From positions 1-64,000 of the forward strand of contig CAWJPJ010000005.1 of assembly GCA_963844715.1 (NCBI GenBank): a DNA stretch of 64,000 nucleotides, in the 5' to 3' direction. This DNA comes from an uncultured Phycisphaerales bacterium. Lineage in GTDB: Bacteria > Planctomycetota > Phycisphaerae > Tepidisphaerales > Tepidisphaeraceae. The notes beneath the pieces were generated by a model that saw only the letters and a program-made list of their open reading frames with translations, was not told the DNA's origin and did not search any database. Made by a program: the position numbers and the translations under genes. Below are positions 12,885-23,361 of this stretch, in pieces. Positions within the stretch are counted from its first letter, which is position 1. Every line of letters begins with the position of its first letter.

Positions 12885-14022
12885 ATGAGGCAAACGCGGA
12901 CGCACGGAAATACAGGGTATTTCGCCAGGGCGCATCGCGCCGGCGGATATTTTGCCGCCGCGGCTTTGCTGATTTTTCCGGCGGTTTTGCGCCGGCGACA
13001 ACCCGCCTCCCACCAGCCGGCCATTTCTTGACGAACTGAATCGCGAAACCCAGGTGCTCTTCAATCAAGCCTCTCCCAGCGTCGTGCGTTTGCAGCTTCC
13101 CATTGCATCCTTCGCGATGGACGATGAACTTTTGAACAAGTGGTCGGACCGCCTCGACCCGGAGGTTCGCCGCCGCCTGGAAGAACTCGAAAACCGCGGA
13201 CCGGCGGAGGGTCTGGTTCGCGAGGACATCGTGCCGACGACTCTGCCCTCGAATCCCGGCGGAGACACCACTGCCCCGAGCGTCATCGAAATGCAGTTGC
13301 GCTCGTTCGCGCCCAATAGCGTCGGCCTTGTCATCGACGATCAACGGCATGTTCTGGTTCCGCAGTTCCTTGATTCGAGTCAATTCTCTGCGCCGGCGGT
13401 CGTCCTATTGCCGGATGGGTCGCTGACCACCGCGTCGCTGGTCGGCTCCGATCGCCCGACGCAGTTGAGCCTCCTGCAATTGCAATCGGGAGACGTGAAG
13501 GCCGCGTCGATCGCTTCGGACGATTTGATGGCTGGCTCCCTGTTGATGGTTTTGTCCCTGAACCCGGCATTCAATCGACTCTCCGTTTGGCAGGGGGTTG
13601 CACCGGAGCCGTCCGTATTGGTGAATCTGGATGGTGGAATTGTGGGATTCTGCGGCTCGCGCGGATTCATCTCGACTGAGCGAATCGGACCCGTCGTCCA
13701 GGAATTGATCGAGCACGGGCAGGTTCGCCGGGCGCTTTTGGGAGTGGGGGTTCGAGCAGTCGGCCCGGATGACCCGCAAAGAGCAAAAGATCCCGCGCTC
13801 GGCCAAACCCCGGCCCTGCGGATCGAATTGGTCATCGCCGGCTCGGCGGCGGAAAAAGCGGGAATACGCCCTGGGGACTTGATTCTCGAATTAGCCGGGC
13901 AGACGGTTGGAAATGTTCGCGATATCGCCACCGCGATCATCGGCCGCCAGGGGCCCACGCCGCTGGTCATTTTCCGCGACGGGCAGCAACTGACGGTAAC
14001 CGCCGACCTGCAAATTCAATAG
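12885..14022 (+). CDS. HtrA-like trypsin plus PDZ protein lacking an evident catalytic triad (indel near 12990)
   Basis: VGLVIDD, ASLVGSDRPTQLSLL, VNLDGGIVG, GQVRRALLGV, GSAAEKAGIRPGDLI. Confidence 0.7.
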
Positions 14023-14072
14023 GTGAACCCGGTCAACTCGGCTAGAATCCGGCGTTTTTGGACGTCACCGGT

Positions 14073-16718
14073 ATGGCGGATGAATTCCCCAAGAGCGAAC
14101 CGCACTCCAACCTGCCCGGCCGCGAACGCCGCGGGAGGATCTTCTCGTCATCAACCCTGATTTGGGTTGTACCCGCGATTCTATTCGTCGTAGTCATTGG
14201 CTTGACCATACTGGTCTGGTATCTTCAGCGCGTCGACGGTCAGCGCGACGCTCAACTCGATGCGACGCTTTACGGTCAGCGGCTGGTGGAACGCGGCCAG
14301 GGGATGATGGGCGCCGCCACGCGCCATCTGCGCCGCGAATGGATAACCGGACATCTGGCCGATCCCGACAAGTTCACCTCCGCCGTCGGCAACGCCAAAT
14401 TGATCGATCCTTCGCTCACCATGGTTGGTTGGGTCGGCTCCGACGGAAAGTGCCGGGAAATTTGCGGATCGACGACGGGACTCACCCAGGGCGCTTCGCT
14501 CAGTGCCGACGGATTCTGGTCCAGCTTGATGGACCGCGCCAAGGGAGACCGCCTGATCGCCTGCGCCGGACGCATCGATCCGAAAGACGGCCCGGTCATT
14601 CAAGGCGTCCTCCCCGGCGCCGACGGCCGCACACCGGGCACCGCCAGCTATGTCATCTTCCAATTCCGTGTCGCGTCCATGCTTCAGTCACTCGTCGAAC
14701 CATCGGTCAACGGAGTCTTCGTCATGGACCTGTTGGATAACGGCGAATATTTCATGACCGTACCCCGATCCGCCCCAAGAACGGACGCCAGCGCCTCGAT
14801 CGCTCCGATCGATCTTCCCCTGCGGTTTTTGGACCGGGTTTGGATCTTGCATTTGACCCCGACGCGCCTGTTTGTTCGCGAGCATCTCGCCAGCGCGCCC
14901 GATTGGGCGCTGTGGGTCTGGCTGGGCGGATCGATTTTGCTTGCCGTAAGCATCGTTCAGTCGCTCCATCAACGCCGGGAGAACGAATTCCGGTTTGCCC
15001 AGCACCTGCACGCGCTGGAAGCGCTCGCCGAGACGTCGGCGGCGATCCTCAGCAAGGTGGGTTCTTCCGGCGAAGTGTGGACGCGTCTCCCCGAAGCCAC
15101 CAGCCGTCTTTTGGGGATGTCGATGGCTTCGGTGGGCGTTCTGGAGGAATCGGGCGATGCGATTCGGCTCGTCGCCAGTTACGGGTCAGTTCCGTCGGCG
15201 GTCGGGCAACGGTTCCTGTTAAAAGATACCATGACCGCGGCACACTGCATCGAAACGCGCTCGCCGGTGATCATCAGCGACATCAATAAATATCCCGTCG
15301 ATCAGGACAATCCCAACTTTCATCTCATCGCCAAATTCAAGATTCGTTCCGCGGTCCAGGTGCCGCTGTGCATCGGCGATCGAAAGCTGGGGATTCTCAT
15401 GGTTGCGCACACCGAGCCGCGCGAATTCACCGACGCGGAAATCCGCCTTGCGGAATTGTGGGGCACGCTGGCAGCGGTGACGATCGCCAACGATCAGCTC
15501 TACGAGCAGACGAGCCATGCCCTCGACGCCCGGGCGCATATGATGGCGCAGCGCGACGCGCTCTTTGGCATCATCAACGAGTTGACGGCGCACTACAGTT
15601 CCACCGAGCAGATTCTGAGCCGCATCGTCGAGCTTGCGCCGGCGCCTTTGGAGGTCGATCTCTGCCAGGTGAGTTTGCTTGAGGAAGACGGGCAAACGCT
15701 TGTCCTGGCGGCCCAGACGTCCAGTTTCGCGCCGGACCTGGTCGGCATGCGGTATCGTGCGGAAGGGACGCAATCGGGGCGCGCCGTCCTGGAGCGGCGG
15801 CTGGTGACGATTTCCGACGGCGGACCCGACAACCCGGTCCTTCACCCCCACTTCCGAAAGCGCGTTCCGTGCGGGAGCATACTCTTTGCGCCCCTCACGG
15901 GATCGGCTGGGGACCCGATCGGCTCGCTGGTGCTCCTGCGTGAAAAGAAGGGGGGATTCTCCAGCGAGCAGATGAGCATGGCCCAGCTGCTGGCGGTCCG
16001 CGCCGCCTCGGCAATCGAAAACGCCCGGCTCTATCAGCGCACGCGCGAGGACGCCCACGCCAAGGCCGTATTGCTCCGCGAATTGAATCATCGCGTGAAA
16101 AATAATCTTGCCGGCATCGTCGCGCTTCTTTCGATGGAACAGCCCGAGCTGTCGCCCCGGGCCCGGAAATGGCTCGGGCGCATCATCGACCGCGTCCGGA
16201 CCCTGGCGCGCACGCACGAAATGCTCAGCGGCGGCGTCGAGCGCGTCTCGCTGAAGGAACTGGTCGACCAGACGATCAGTTCCCTGGCGGTGGTGACGCC
16301 CTCGAATGTGACGGTCCGGTGCCAGCATCAGGAGGCGGCATTGTTCATGAAAACCGATCGCGCCGTCAGCGTCGCCATGGTGCTGAACGAGTTGTGCTAC
16401 AACGCGCTGGTTCATGGCCTGCCGCAAGGGGGGACGCTCACCCTGCGCACCATGACCCTTGCTTCGACCGCGCTTTTAATAGAAGTTATCGATGACGGTT
16501 GCGGGTTTGGCGAACCCGCTGCCGGGCCGCCCGCGAAGGTGTCCGAAAGCATTGCCGTCCTGCGGCAGACCCGCACGGGCCTGGGCCTGAACCTCGTTCG
16601 CGACTTCGTGACGCGCGAATTGCGCGGAAAATTCGAAATAATCTCCAATTCCGACGGCACCACCGCCCGGGTTGAATTTCCCCTGCGGGAAGAAGAATTG
16701 CCCGCGGCGGACGTATAA
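14073..16718 (+). CDS. Membrane sensor histidine kinase (periplasmic sensor, two GAF, HisKA_2 type)
   Basis: Two TMs, two GAF domains ending A.AIENARLY, H-box ELNHRVKNNL, NELCYNALVHG, DDGCG, GLGL. Confidence 0.9.
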   Translation: MADEFPKSEPHSNLPGRERRGRIFSSSTLIWVVPAILFVVVIGLTILVWYLQRVDGQRDAQLDATLYGQRLVERGQGMMGAATRHLRREWITGHLADPDKFTSAVGNAKLIDPSLTMVGWVGSDGKCREICGSTTGLTQGASLSADGFWSSLMDRAKGDRLIACAGRIDPKDGPVIQGVLPGADGRTPGTASYVIFQFRVASMLQSLVEPSVNGVFVMDLLDNGEYFMTVPRSAPRTDASASIAPIDLPLRFLDRVWILHLTPTRLFVREHLASAPDWALWVWLGGSILLAVSIVQSLHQRRENEFRFAQHLHALEALAETSAAILSKVGSSGEVWTRLPEATSRLLGMSMASVGVLEESGDAIRLVASYGSVPSAVGQRFLLKDTMTAAHCIETRSPVIISDINKYPVDQDNPNFHLIAKFKIRSAVQVPLCIGDRKLGILMVAHTEPREFTDAEIRLAELWGTLAAVTIANDQLYEQTSHALDARAHMMAQRDALFGIINELTAHYSSTEQILSRIVELAPAPLEVDLCQVSLLEEDGQTLVLAAQTSSFAPDLVGMRYRAEGTQSGRAVLERRLVTISDGGPDNPVLHPHFRKRVPCGSILFAPLTGSAGDPIGSLVLLREKKGGFSSEQMSMAQLLAVRAASAIENARLYQRTREDAHAKAVLLRELNHRVKNNLAGIVALLSMEQPELSPRARKWLGRIIDRVRTLARTHEMLSGGVERVSLKELVDQTISSLAVVTPSNVTVRCQHQEAALFMKTDRAVSVAMVLNELCYNALVHGLPQGGTLTLRTMTLASTALLIEVIDDGCGFGEPAAGPPAKVSESIAVLRQTRTGLGLNLVRDFVTRELRGKFEIISNSDGTTARVEFPLREEELPAADV

Positions 16719-16774
16719 TGTAAGTCGTTTAGAGCGCGCTGCGCGGCCGCGGACCGCTCTGAAGGGAGAACCGA

Positions 16775-17395
16775 GTGGAAGAATCTTCTGTGGCAGTTGA
16801 AGTCGCGTCATACCGGTGCCTGGTCGTCGAGGACGAGACGCTGGTCGCGATGGGCCTGAAATCTCAATTGGAAAAGATGGGTCACATCGTGGTCGCGCAA
16901 GCCGCGGATGCCGATCAGGCGGAGGCCTTTTTCCGCGAAAAGCAGCCGGACCTGGTGCTGACCGATATCCGGCTCAATTCGTCGGACGGCCTGGCGCTGG
17001 CGCAGCGGCTGCTGAAAATCCGACCCTGCCCGATCTTGGTGGTCAGCGCCTATGGCGACAAAGAGCTGATCGGCCGGGCGACCAGCGTGGGCGTGTTCGG
17101 CTACCTGATCAAACCGGTTAGCGACGAGGCCCTGGCGGCCCAGATCGAGGTGGCCGTGGCGCGGTGCCGCGAGCACAGCGTGCTGGTGGCCGAGAAGCAG
17201 GCGCTCACGCAAAGCCTGGAACACAGGAAATTGATCGACCGCGCCAAGGGAATCCTCATGCAGCGGGCCAATCTCACCGAGGCCGAGGCGCACAAGCGAT
17301 TGCAACAGGAGAGCCAGAAGCGGCGTATCAGCGCGCCGGAACTGGCCAAGAAGATCATCGAATCGGAAGAGATCCTAGGCGGCGGCGATCGCTAG
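16775..17395 (+). CDS. ANTAR-domain response regulator (PdtaR/EutV-like)
   Basis: REC (VVEDE, PDLVLTDI, YLIKP) plus ANTAR (RKLIDRAKGILM..EAEAHKRLQ..S). Confidence 0.92.
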   Translation: MEESSVAVEVASYRCLVVEDETLVAMGLKSQLEKMGHIVVAQAADADQAEAFFREKQPDLVLTDIRLNSSDGLALAQRLLKIRPCPILVVSAYGDKELIGRATSVGVFGYLIKPVSDEALAAQIEVAVARCREHSVLVAEKQALTQSLEHRKLIDRAKGILMQRANLTEAEAHKRLQQESQKRRISAPELAKKIIESEEILGGGDR

Positions 17396-17503
17396 CGCCG
17401 ACTGCTTCCGCCGTCGCATCAGCAATCCACCCGCGACGTCACCAGGAGGCTAAACGACGCGGGTTCCGGCACTGAATTGTCGTTTTCCACGATATCCTCG
17501 GCC

Positions 17504-17529
17504 TGATCTTCGGTAGTGGGTCAGTTTGA
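17504..17529 (+). repeat. Left TSD plus terminal inverted repeat
   Basis: TGATCTTC|GGTAGTGGGTCAGTTTGA. Confidence 0.95.
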
Positions 17530-17530
17530 T

Positions 17531-18355
17531 TTATTTACCTAAAAGTGCAACCAATTCTTCCAACTCCCAAACGTGGTCGGTCAGACCGGCTTGCATCGCT
17601 GGCGTGACGCGGAGCGTCTGGTGAATCCGGCAGTAGTTGTAGTGCATGAAGTGAAGCGCGACCATCGCGGCGTGGTTCTCGGCCTTCTTTGAAAAGGCAT
17701 TGGTCAGCCGCGTAAACCGCCGCATCGACATCCGCATGGTCAAATTCTGCCGTTCAACGTGGCTGGTCGAAACGTGGCTGATATCCGGCGATCCGCAGAC
17801 TTCTTCGGACTTCACACCGATGATGTTGGCTGGGCTGTATCGGGCTTCGCCGGGCCGCTCAGCGCCGTAGATCTTCACAAGCTGGGCATAATCAACGTCG
17901 CCACCGAAGGCATCGTCAACCGCGTCCAGATAGACCCGAAGGCCATCGGTCGTCAATTGCACCTTGCGGGCGAGTCGGCTGGCAACGTCTCGCATGAACT
18001 CATGGGCGTATCCGCCATCACGCAATCCGACCATGTAGCTGACGATGAGTTTTGAATCGGAGTCGAGCGCCGTCCAGGTCCAGATATCGCCGTACCCCAT
18101 GCCCTTCTTATCTGCTGGGACGTTCTTTTGCTTGGCGTAGCAGAACGCCCAAATCTCATCGCACTGAACGCGCTTGGTCAGCAAGTGGCAAACGTGCTCA
18201 TCGTGGTAGGCCTTGCAGGCTTCACCGATATCGACCAGCAGCTTGATGACCGTGTTCTTGGCAACGCCGGTCATGCGGACGGTGGAACGGATCGAGCAAC
18301 CCTCCACCAGAGCGGAAATCACGCGAACCCGGTCAGCAGTGCTTAGCTTATTCAT
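17531..18355 (-). CDS. IS1-family DDE transposase (274 aa)
   Basis: N-terminal HTH (LVEGCSIRSTVRMTGVAKNTV), QCDEIW, QLTTDG, STSHVERQNLTMR, RFTRLTNAFSKK, TPAMQAGL. Confidence 0.93.
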   Translation of the reverse strand: MNKLSTADRVRVISALVEGCSIRSTVRMTGVAKNTVIKLLVDIGEACKAYHDEHVCHLLTKRVQCDEIWAFCYAKQKNVPADKKGMGYGDIWTWTALDSDSKLIVSYMVGLRDGGYAHEFMRDVASRLARKVQLTTDGLRVYLDAVDDAFGGDVDYAQLVKIYGAERPGEARYSPANIIGVKSEEVCGSPDISHVSTSHVERQNLTMRMSMRRFTRLTNAFSKKAENHAAMVALHFMHYNYCRIHQTLRVTPAMQAGLTDHVWELEELVALLGK

Positions 18356-18362
18356 ACTGACC

Positions 18363-18452
18363 TTTATACTTGAACGCACATGCAATGTCAAGTCAAATGT
18401 ATGCCTGTAGCTTACAGGCATACATTGACATTGCAAGAGACGTTGGTATACT
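18363..18452. promoter_or_regulatory. Divergent sigma70 promoters around a palindromic operator
   Basis: Minus strand TTGACA-17-TATAAA then 7 nt to the transposase ATG; plus strand TTGACA(18425)-16-TATACT(18447) with extended TG; perfect 14-bp IR at 18396-18409/18413-18426. Confidence 0.8.
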
Positions 18453-18460
18453 GGATGCAG

Positions 18461-19588
18461 ATGAATCAGCCTACCGACCACAATCCACAGCTCCCAGGTG
18501 AACGGATTCGCCAACTGCTTATCGAAAGGGGCTGGACCCAAGATGATCTCGCTCAGATTCTCGACAGACCGCGCCCAACCGTCGTCAACATCATCAACGG
18601 GAAAAAGTCGATCACGCCGGAAACGGCGATTGCGCTTGCTGCCGCATTTGGCACGACCGCTGACTACTGGATGGGATTGGAGACTCAGTATCGTCTCGCG
18701 CTGGCCGCGACCGATTCCTCAGGAGTAGAACATCGTCGTCACCTTTATGACGTTGCTCCTATCAAAGAAATGGAGCGGCGCGGCTGGATCAAACCGACAA
18801 ACAGCGCCGAGGAATTGGAGCGAGAGTTATGTCAATTCTTCGGTGTCGAATCACTGGAACACGAACCACAAATCACTGTCGCAACCAAACGTCCCTCCTC
18901 AAATGAACCCCTCACGGCTGCGCAGCGCGCATGGTGCTTCAGAGCACGCCAATTGGCGCGAATTGTCTACGCAGAGAAATTCAATCCAGACCTGTTACCC
19001 CATTGCGAAAAGAGACTGCGAGAACTCGCCGCCTTTCCAGATGAAGCAAGAAACGTCCCAAAAGTTCTGGCCGGATATGGGATTCGGTTCGTCGTCATCG
19101 AGCCCCTTGCGAGCAACCGAATCGACGGCGCGGCATTCTGGCTGTCTGCTGATGAACCAGTCATTGCGCTATCCGTCCGATTCGATCGCATCGACGCGTT
19201 TTGGTTTGCCTTGGGCCATGAATTTGCACACATAAAAAACGGCGATGCCTCTGTTGACGCGGAGCTTGTCGGCGAAAGTGCCACGCCGAGCGAAGGGAAA
19301 ACAGATATTGAGCGGCGCGCCGATGAGCAAGCGTCCAATATGCTCATACCGGCCGACAAGTTGCAATCATTTGTCCTGCGCGTCGGTCCGCTTTATTCAA
19401 AATCGAGAATCAACCAATTTGCGAATATAATGAAGATCCATCCTGGAATTGTGGTTGGACAGTTGCAGCATCGCGGCGAAGTTGCATGGACCGCAAACCG
19501 CGAAATGCTCGCAAGGGTCCGCTCTCTCGTTACCAGTACGGCCCTCACAGATGGATGGGGCCGAACATTCACGCCGGGCGCGGTTTAG
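18461..19588 (+). CDS. XRE/HigA-type HTH fused to an ImmA/IrrE (M78) metallopeptidase
   Basis: PGERIRQLLIERGWTQDDLA..IINGKKSITPETAIALAAAFG; IDGAAFW; HEXXH in GHEFAH; ERRAD; IHPGIVVGQL. Confidence 0.9.
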   Translation: MNQPTDHNPQLPGERIRQLLIERGWTQDDLAQILDRPRPTVVNIINGKKSITPETAIALAAAFGTTADYWMGLETQYRLALAATDSSGVEHRRHLYDVAPIKEMERRGWIKPTNSAEELERELCQFFGVESLEHEPQITVATKRPSSNEPLTAAQRAWCFRARQLARIVYAEKFNPDLLPHCEKRLRELAAFPDEARNVPKVLAGYGIRFVVIEPLASNRIDGAAFWLSADEPVIALSVRFDRIDAFWFALGHEFAHIKNGDASVDAELVGESATPSEGKTDIERRADEQASNMLIPADKLQSFVLRVGPLYSKSRINQFANIMKIHPGIVVGQLQHRGEVAWTANREMLARVRSLVTSTALTDGWGRTFTPGAV

Positions 19589-19600
19589 AAAGGACAACAC

Positions 19601-20140
19601 ATGCCTACGCAAAACCAAACAGCCACTGAGTTCAAACAGGATATCATCAACGATTACCTTCTGGCTCATCCCCAACAACAAGATTGGACGATGGAAGATG
19701 TCGCCAGTTGGGCGATCCACAATGGCCGAATGACACTCACGCTTCACAGTGCGATAAAACTTTGCGCTAGGGAATTGGCTGATGCAGCAAGGGTTGAATA
19801 TCACACTGATGAGCACGGGCGACGAGTTCGCTCAAAATACCCGCGACGCGAAACCATCATGGTGGATGGCAAGCCTCGACAGATGGTCTTTTGGGAGGAC
19901 TATCAAAATCTTCTGCCTAGCCACATGCACGTTCATTTACAGCAGCGACGACAAGGGATAGTTGCCGACTGCGCTCAACTGAAACGCGATGGCGACTCAT
20001 ACAACGACAACAATCCCCATGGCGCTCATATCCAACAGGAATTCGACTTTACGCAGGATTTAGCGGAACTCGAAGCATCGGATCAATATCCATCGGGACC
20101 GGACCAATCCGATGCGGAGGATGACGATCAGGAAGAATGA
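19601..20140 (+). CDS. Uncharacterised IS passenger protein (179 aa)
   Basis: AAAGGA RBS, start 12 nt after the XRE stop, intact ORF, acidic C-terminal tail. Confidence 0.8.
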   Translation: MPTQNQTATEFKQDIINDYLLAHPQQQDWTMEDVASWAIHNGRMTLTLHSAIKLCARELADAARVEYHTDEHGRRVRSKYPRRETIMVDGKPRQMVFWEDYQNLLPSHMHVHLQQRRQGIVADCAQLKRDGDSYNDNNPHGAHIQQEFDFTQDLAELEASDQYPSGPDQSDAEDDDQEE

Positions 20141-20367
20141 CTCCACCGCTTTGCCGCCGCCTTTTTGGCGATAGCCTTGCGTCGGGCCGGCGATAGCGCC
20201 TTCGCCCGCGCCTTGCCGCCCTTTGGCCCCCCCAGCTTCCCCATCGCCACTGCCGCCGGATTCTTCGCCGGGCCGGTAGGCTCGGCCGGTGCATTCCCCG
20301 TGGCCATATCGACTATCATCTTGGCAAGCTGGTTAGGATCGCGGGGCATTCTTGATCGTTTAAGCAT
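20128..20367 (-). CDS. Small basic K/A-rich protein next to the IS end
   Basis: PRDPNQLAKMIVDMATG..KNPAAVAMGKLGGPKGGKARAKALSPARRKAIAKKAAAKRW. Confidence 0.8.
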   Translation of the reverse strand: MLKRSRMPRDPNQLAKMIVDMATGNAPAEPTGPAKNPAAVAMGKLGGPKGGKARAKALSPARRKAIAKKAAAKRWSHSS

Positions 20368-20414
20368 GGCCCCATGATCGCGTGAATCTGGGAAGGGTTC
20401 AAGAACCAAATATT

Positions 20415-20440
20415 TCAAACTGACCCACTACCTGATCTTC
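20415..20440 (+). repeat. Right terminal inverted repeat plus TSD
   Basis: TCAAACTGACCCACTACC|TGATCTTC. Confidence 0.95.
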
Positions 20441-20566
20441 ATATATCTGGTCGATCTGACTGAGCGTCATGGAGGTGACGGGATCGCTAGCGTCAAATCA
20501 GAATAGGCCTCGCGGGGACGGGCTCTGAAAAGCAATCAGGATTGTGCGATCGGGTCGCTTGAGGGC

Positions 20567-22614
<2,048 letters not shown>

Positions 22615-22805
22615 AACCATCCTTAACATCGAGGGTTCCGCCCGCCGGTTTCACCCGCCGCAGGGAACCGAACACCCCATCATACGGAGTTGGAGGCAGT
22701 TATTTCCAGCCTTATTAAATTCATATCGCCCGTTCGATAGACAAACTTTTACATTACGGGGCCTTCGCAGGCTATAGGGCGTTGTTCGGGGACTATCGTA
22801 AGGGG

Positions 22806-23349
22806 TTACCAGGCCGATTGCATCTCATGGACGATCCCTAAAGCCAGTTTCTCGGCTGCGCTCTGCGAGGCCACGTTCTGGTCCTCCCCCAGAATTCCAA
22901 AGTACGTCGAGGTCTGCTCAAAGTTCTTTTCGCTGACCAGAATCTTGCCCGTCCGCAGGTCCTTCCACGTGAAATTAACCATGATCGAATACTCCTGCTC
23001 CTGCGGCGTGTTGGTATCCGGATCCAGCGTCAGGGTGAGCGGCTGAATCGAAATGATCTCCCCCTCGATGATCGTGTCTGCCTTGTCGCGGCTGGTGACC
23101 TTATACGGCGTAAACTCCTCGATCTTCGATACCAGCGCCTGCGAGACTTCAAACTCAACACCCCGATGATAATCCTTTGAAGTAAAGATCGGGACGGCGA
23201 CGGTGGAGATGTCCTCCCGATACAAGCCGCCCCAGTGGTACCCCCCGTTGGAGCCGCAGGCGCGTAAGCAGACACAACACCCACAGCATATATAGCGGAC
23301 GGGCAACGCCCGCCGTTCCCCGAACCGAAAATGCACCGTTGAAGCGCAT
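22806..23349 (-). CDS. lptE: LPS assembly lipoprotein LptE-like (indel near the lipobox)
   Basis: ACGSNGGY..LYREDISTVAVPIF..TPYKV..ADTIIEG..WKDLRTGKIL; downstream of bamD. Confidence 0.65.
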
Positions 23350-23361
23350 GTTTATCGTGGA

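Larger units (their letters stand above)
17512..20432 (-). mobile_element. IS1-family (ISMhu11-like) cargo-carrying element, 2921 bp
   Basis: Perfect 18-bp TIR GGTAGTGGGTCAGTTTGA (17512-17529; reverse complement at 20415-20432); 8-bp TSD TGATCTTC at 17504-17511 and 20433-20440; DDE transposase inside. Confidence 0.95.
17375..20470 (-). pseudogene. PEP-CTERM gene remnant split by the IS (17375-17511 plus 20441-20470)
   Basis: Removing the IS and one TSD copy gives MTLSQIDQIYEDQAEDIVENDNSVPEPASFSLLV, then after one indel VAGGLLMRRRKQ. Confidence 0.65.

Noticed and set aside
18356..18541. Extended overlapping N-termini of the transposase (18541) and XRE gene (18380) in the ORF track
   Set aside because: They run through the palindromic promoter region; starts at 18355 and 18461 fit the promoters and domain boundaries
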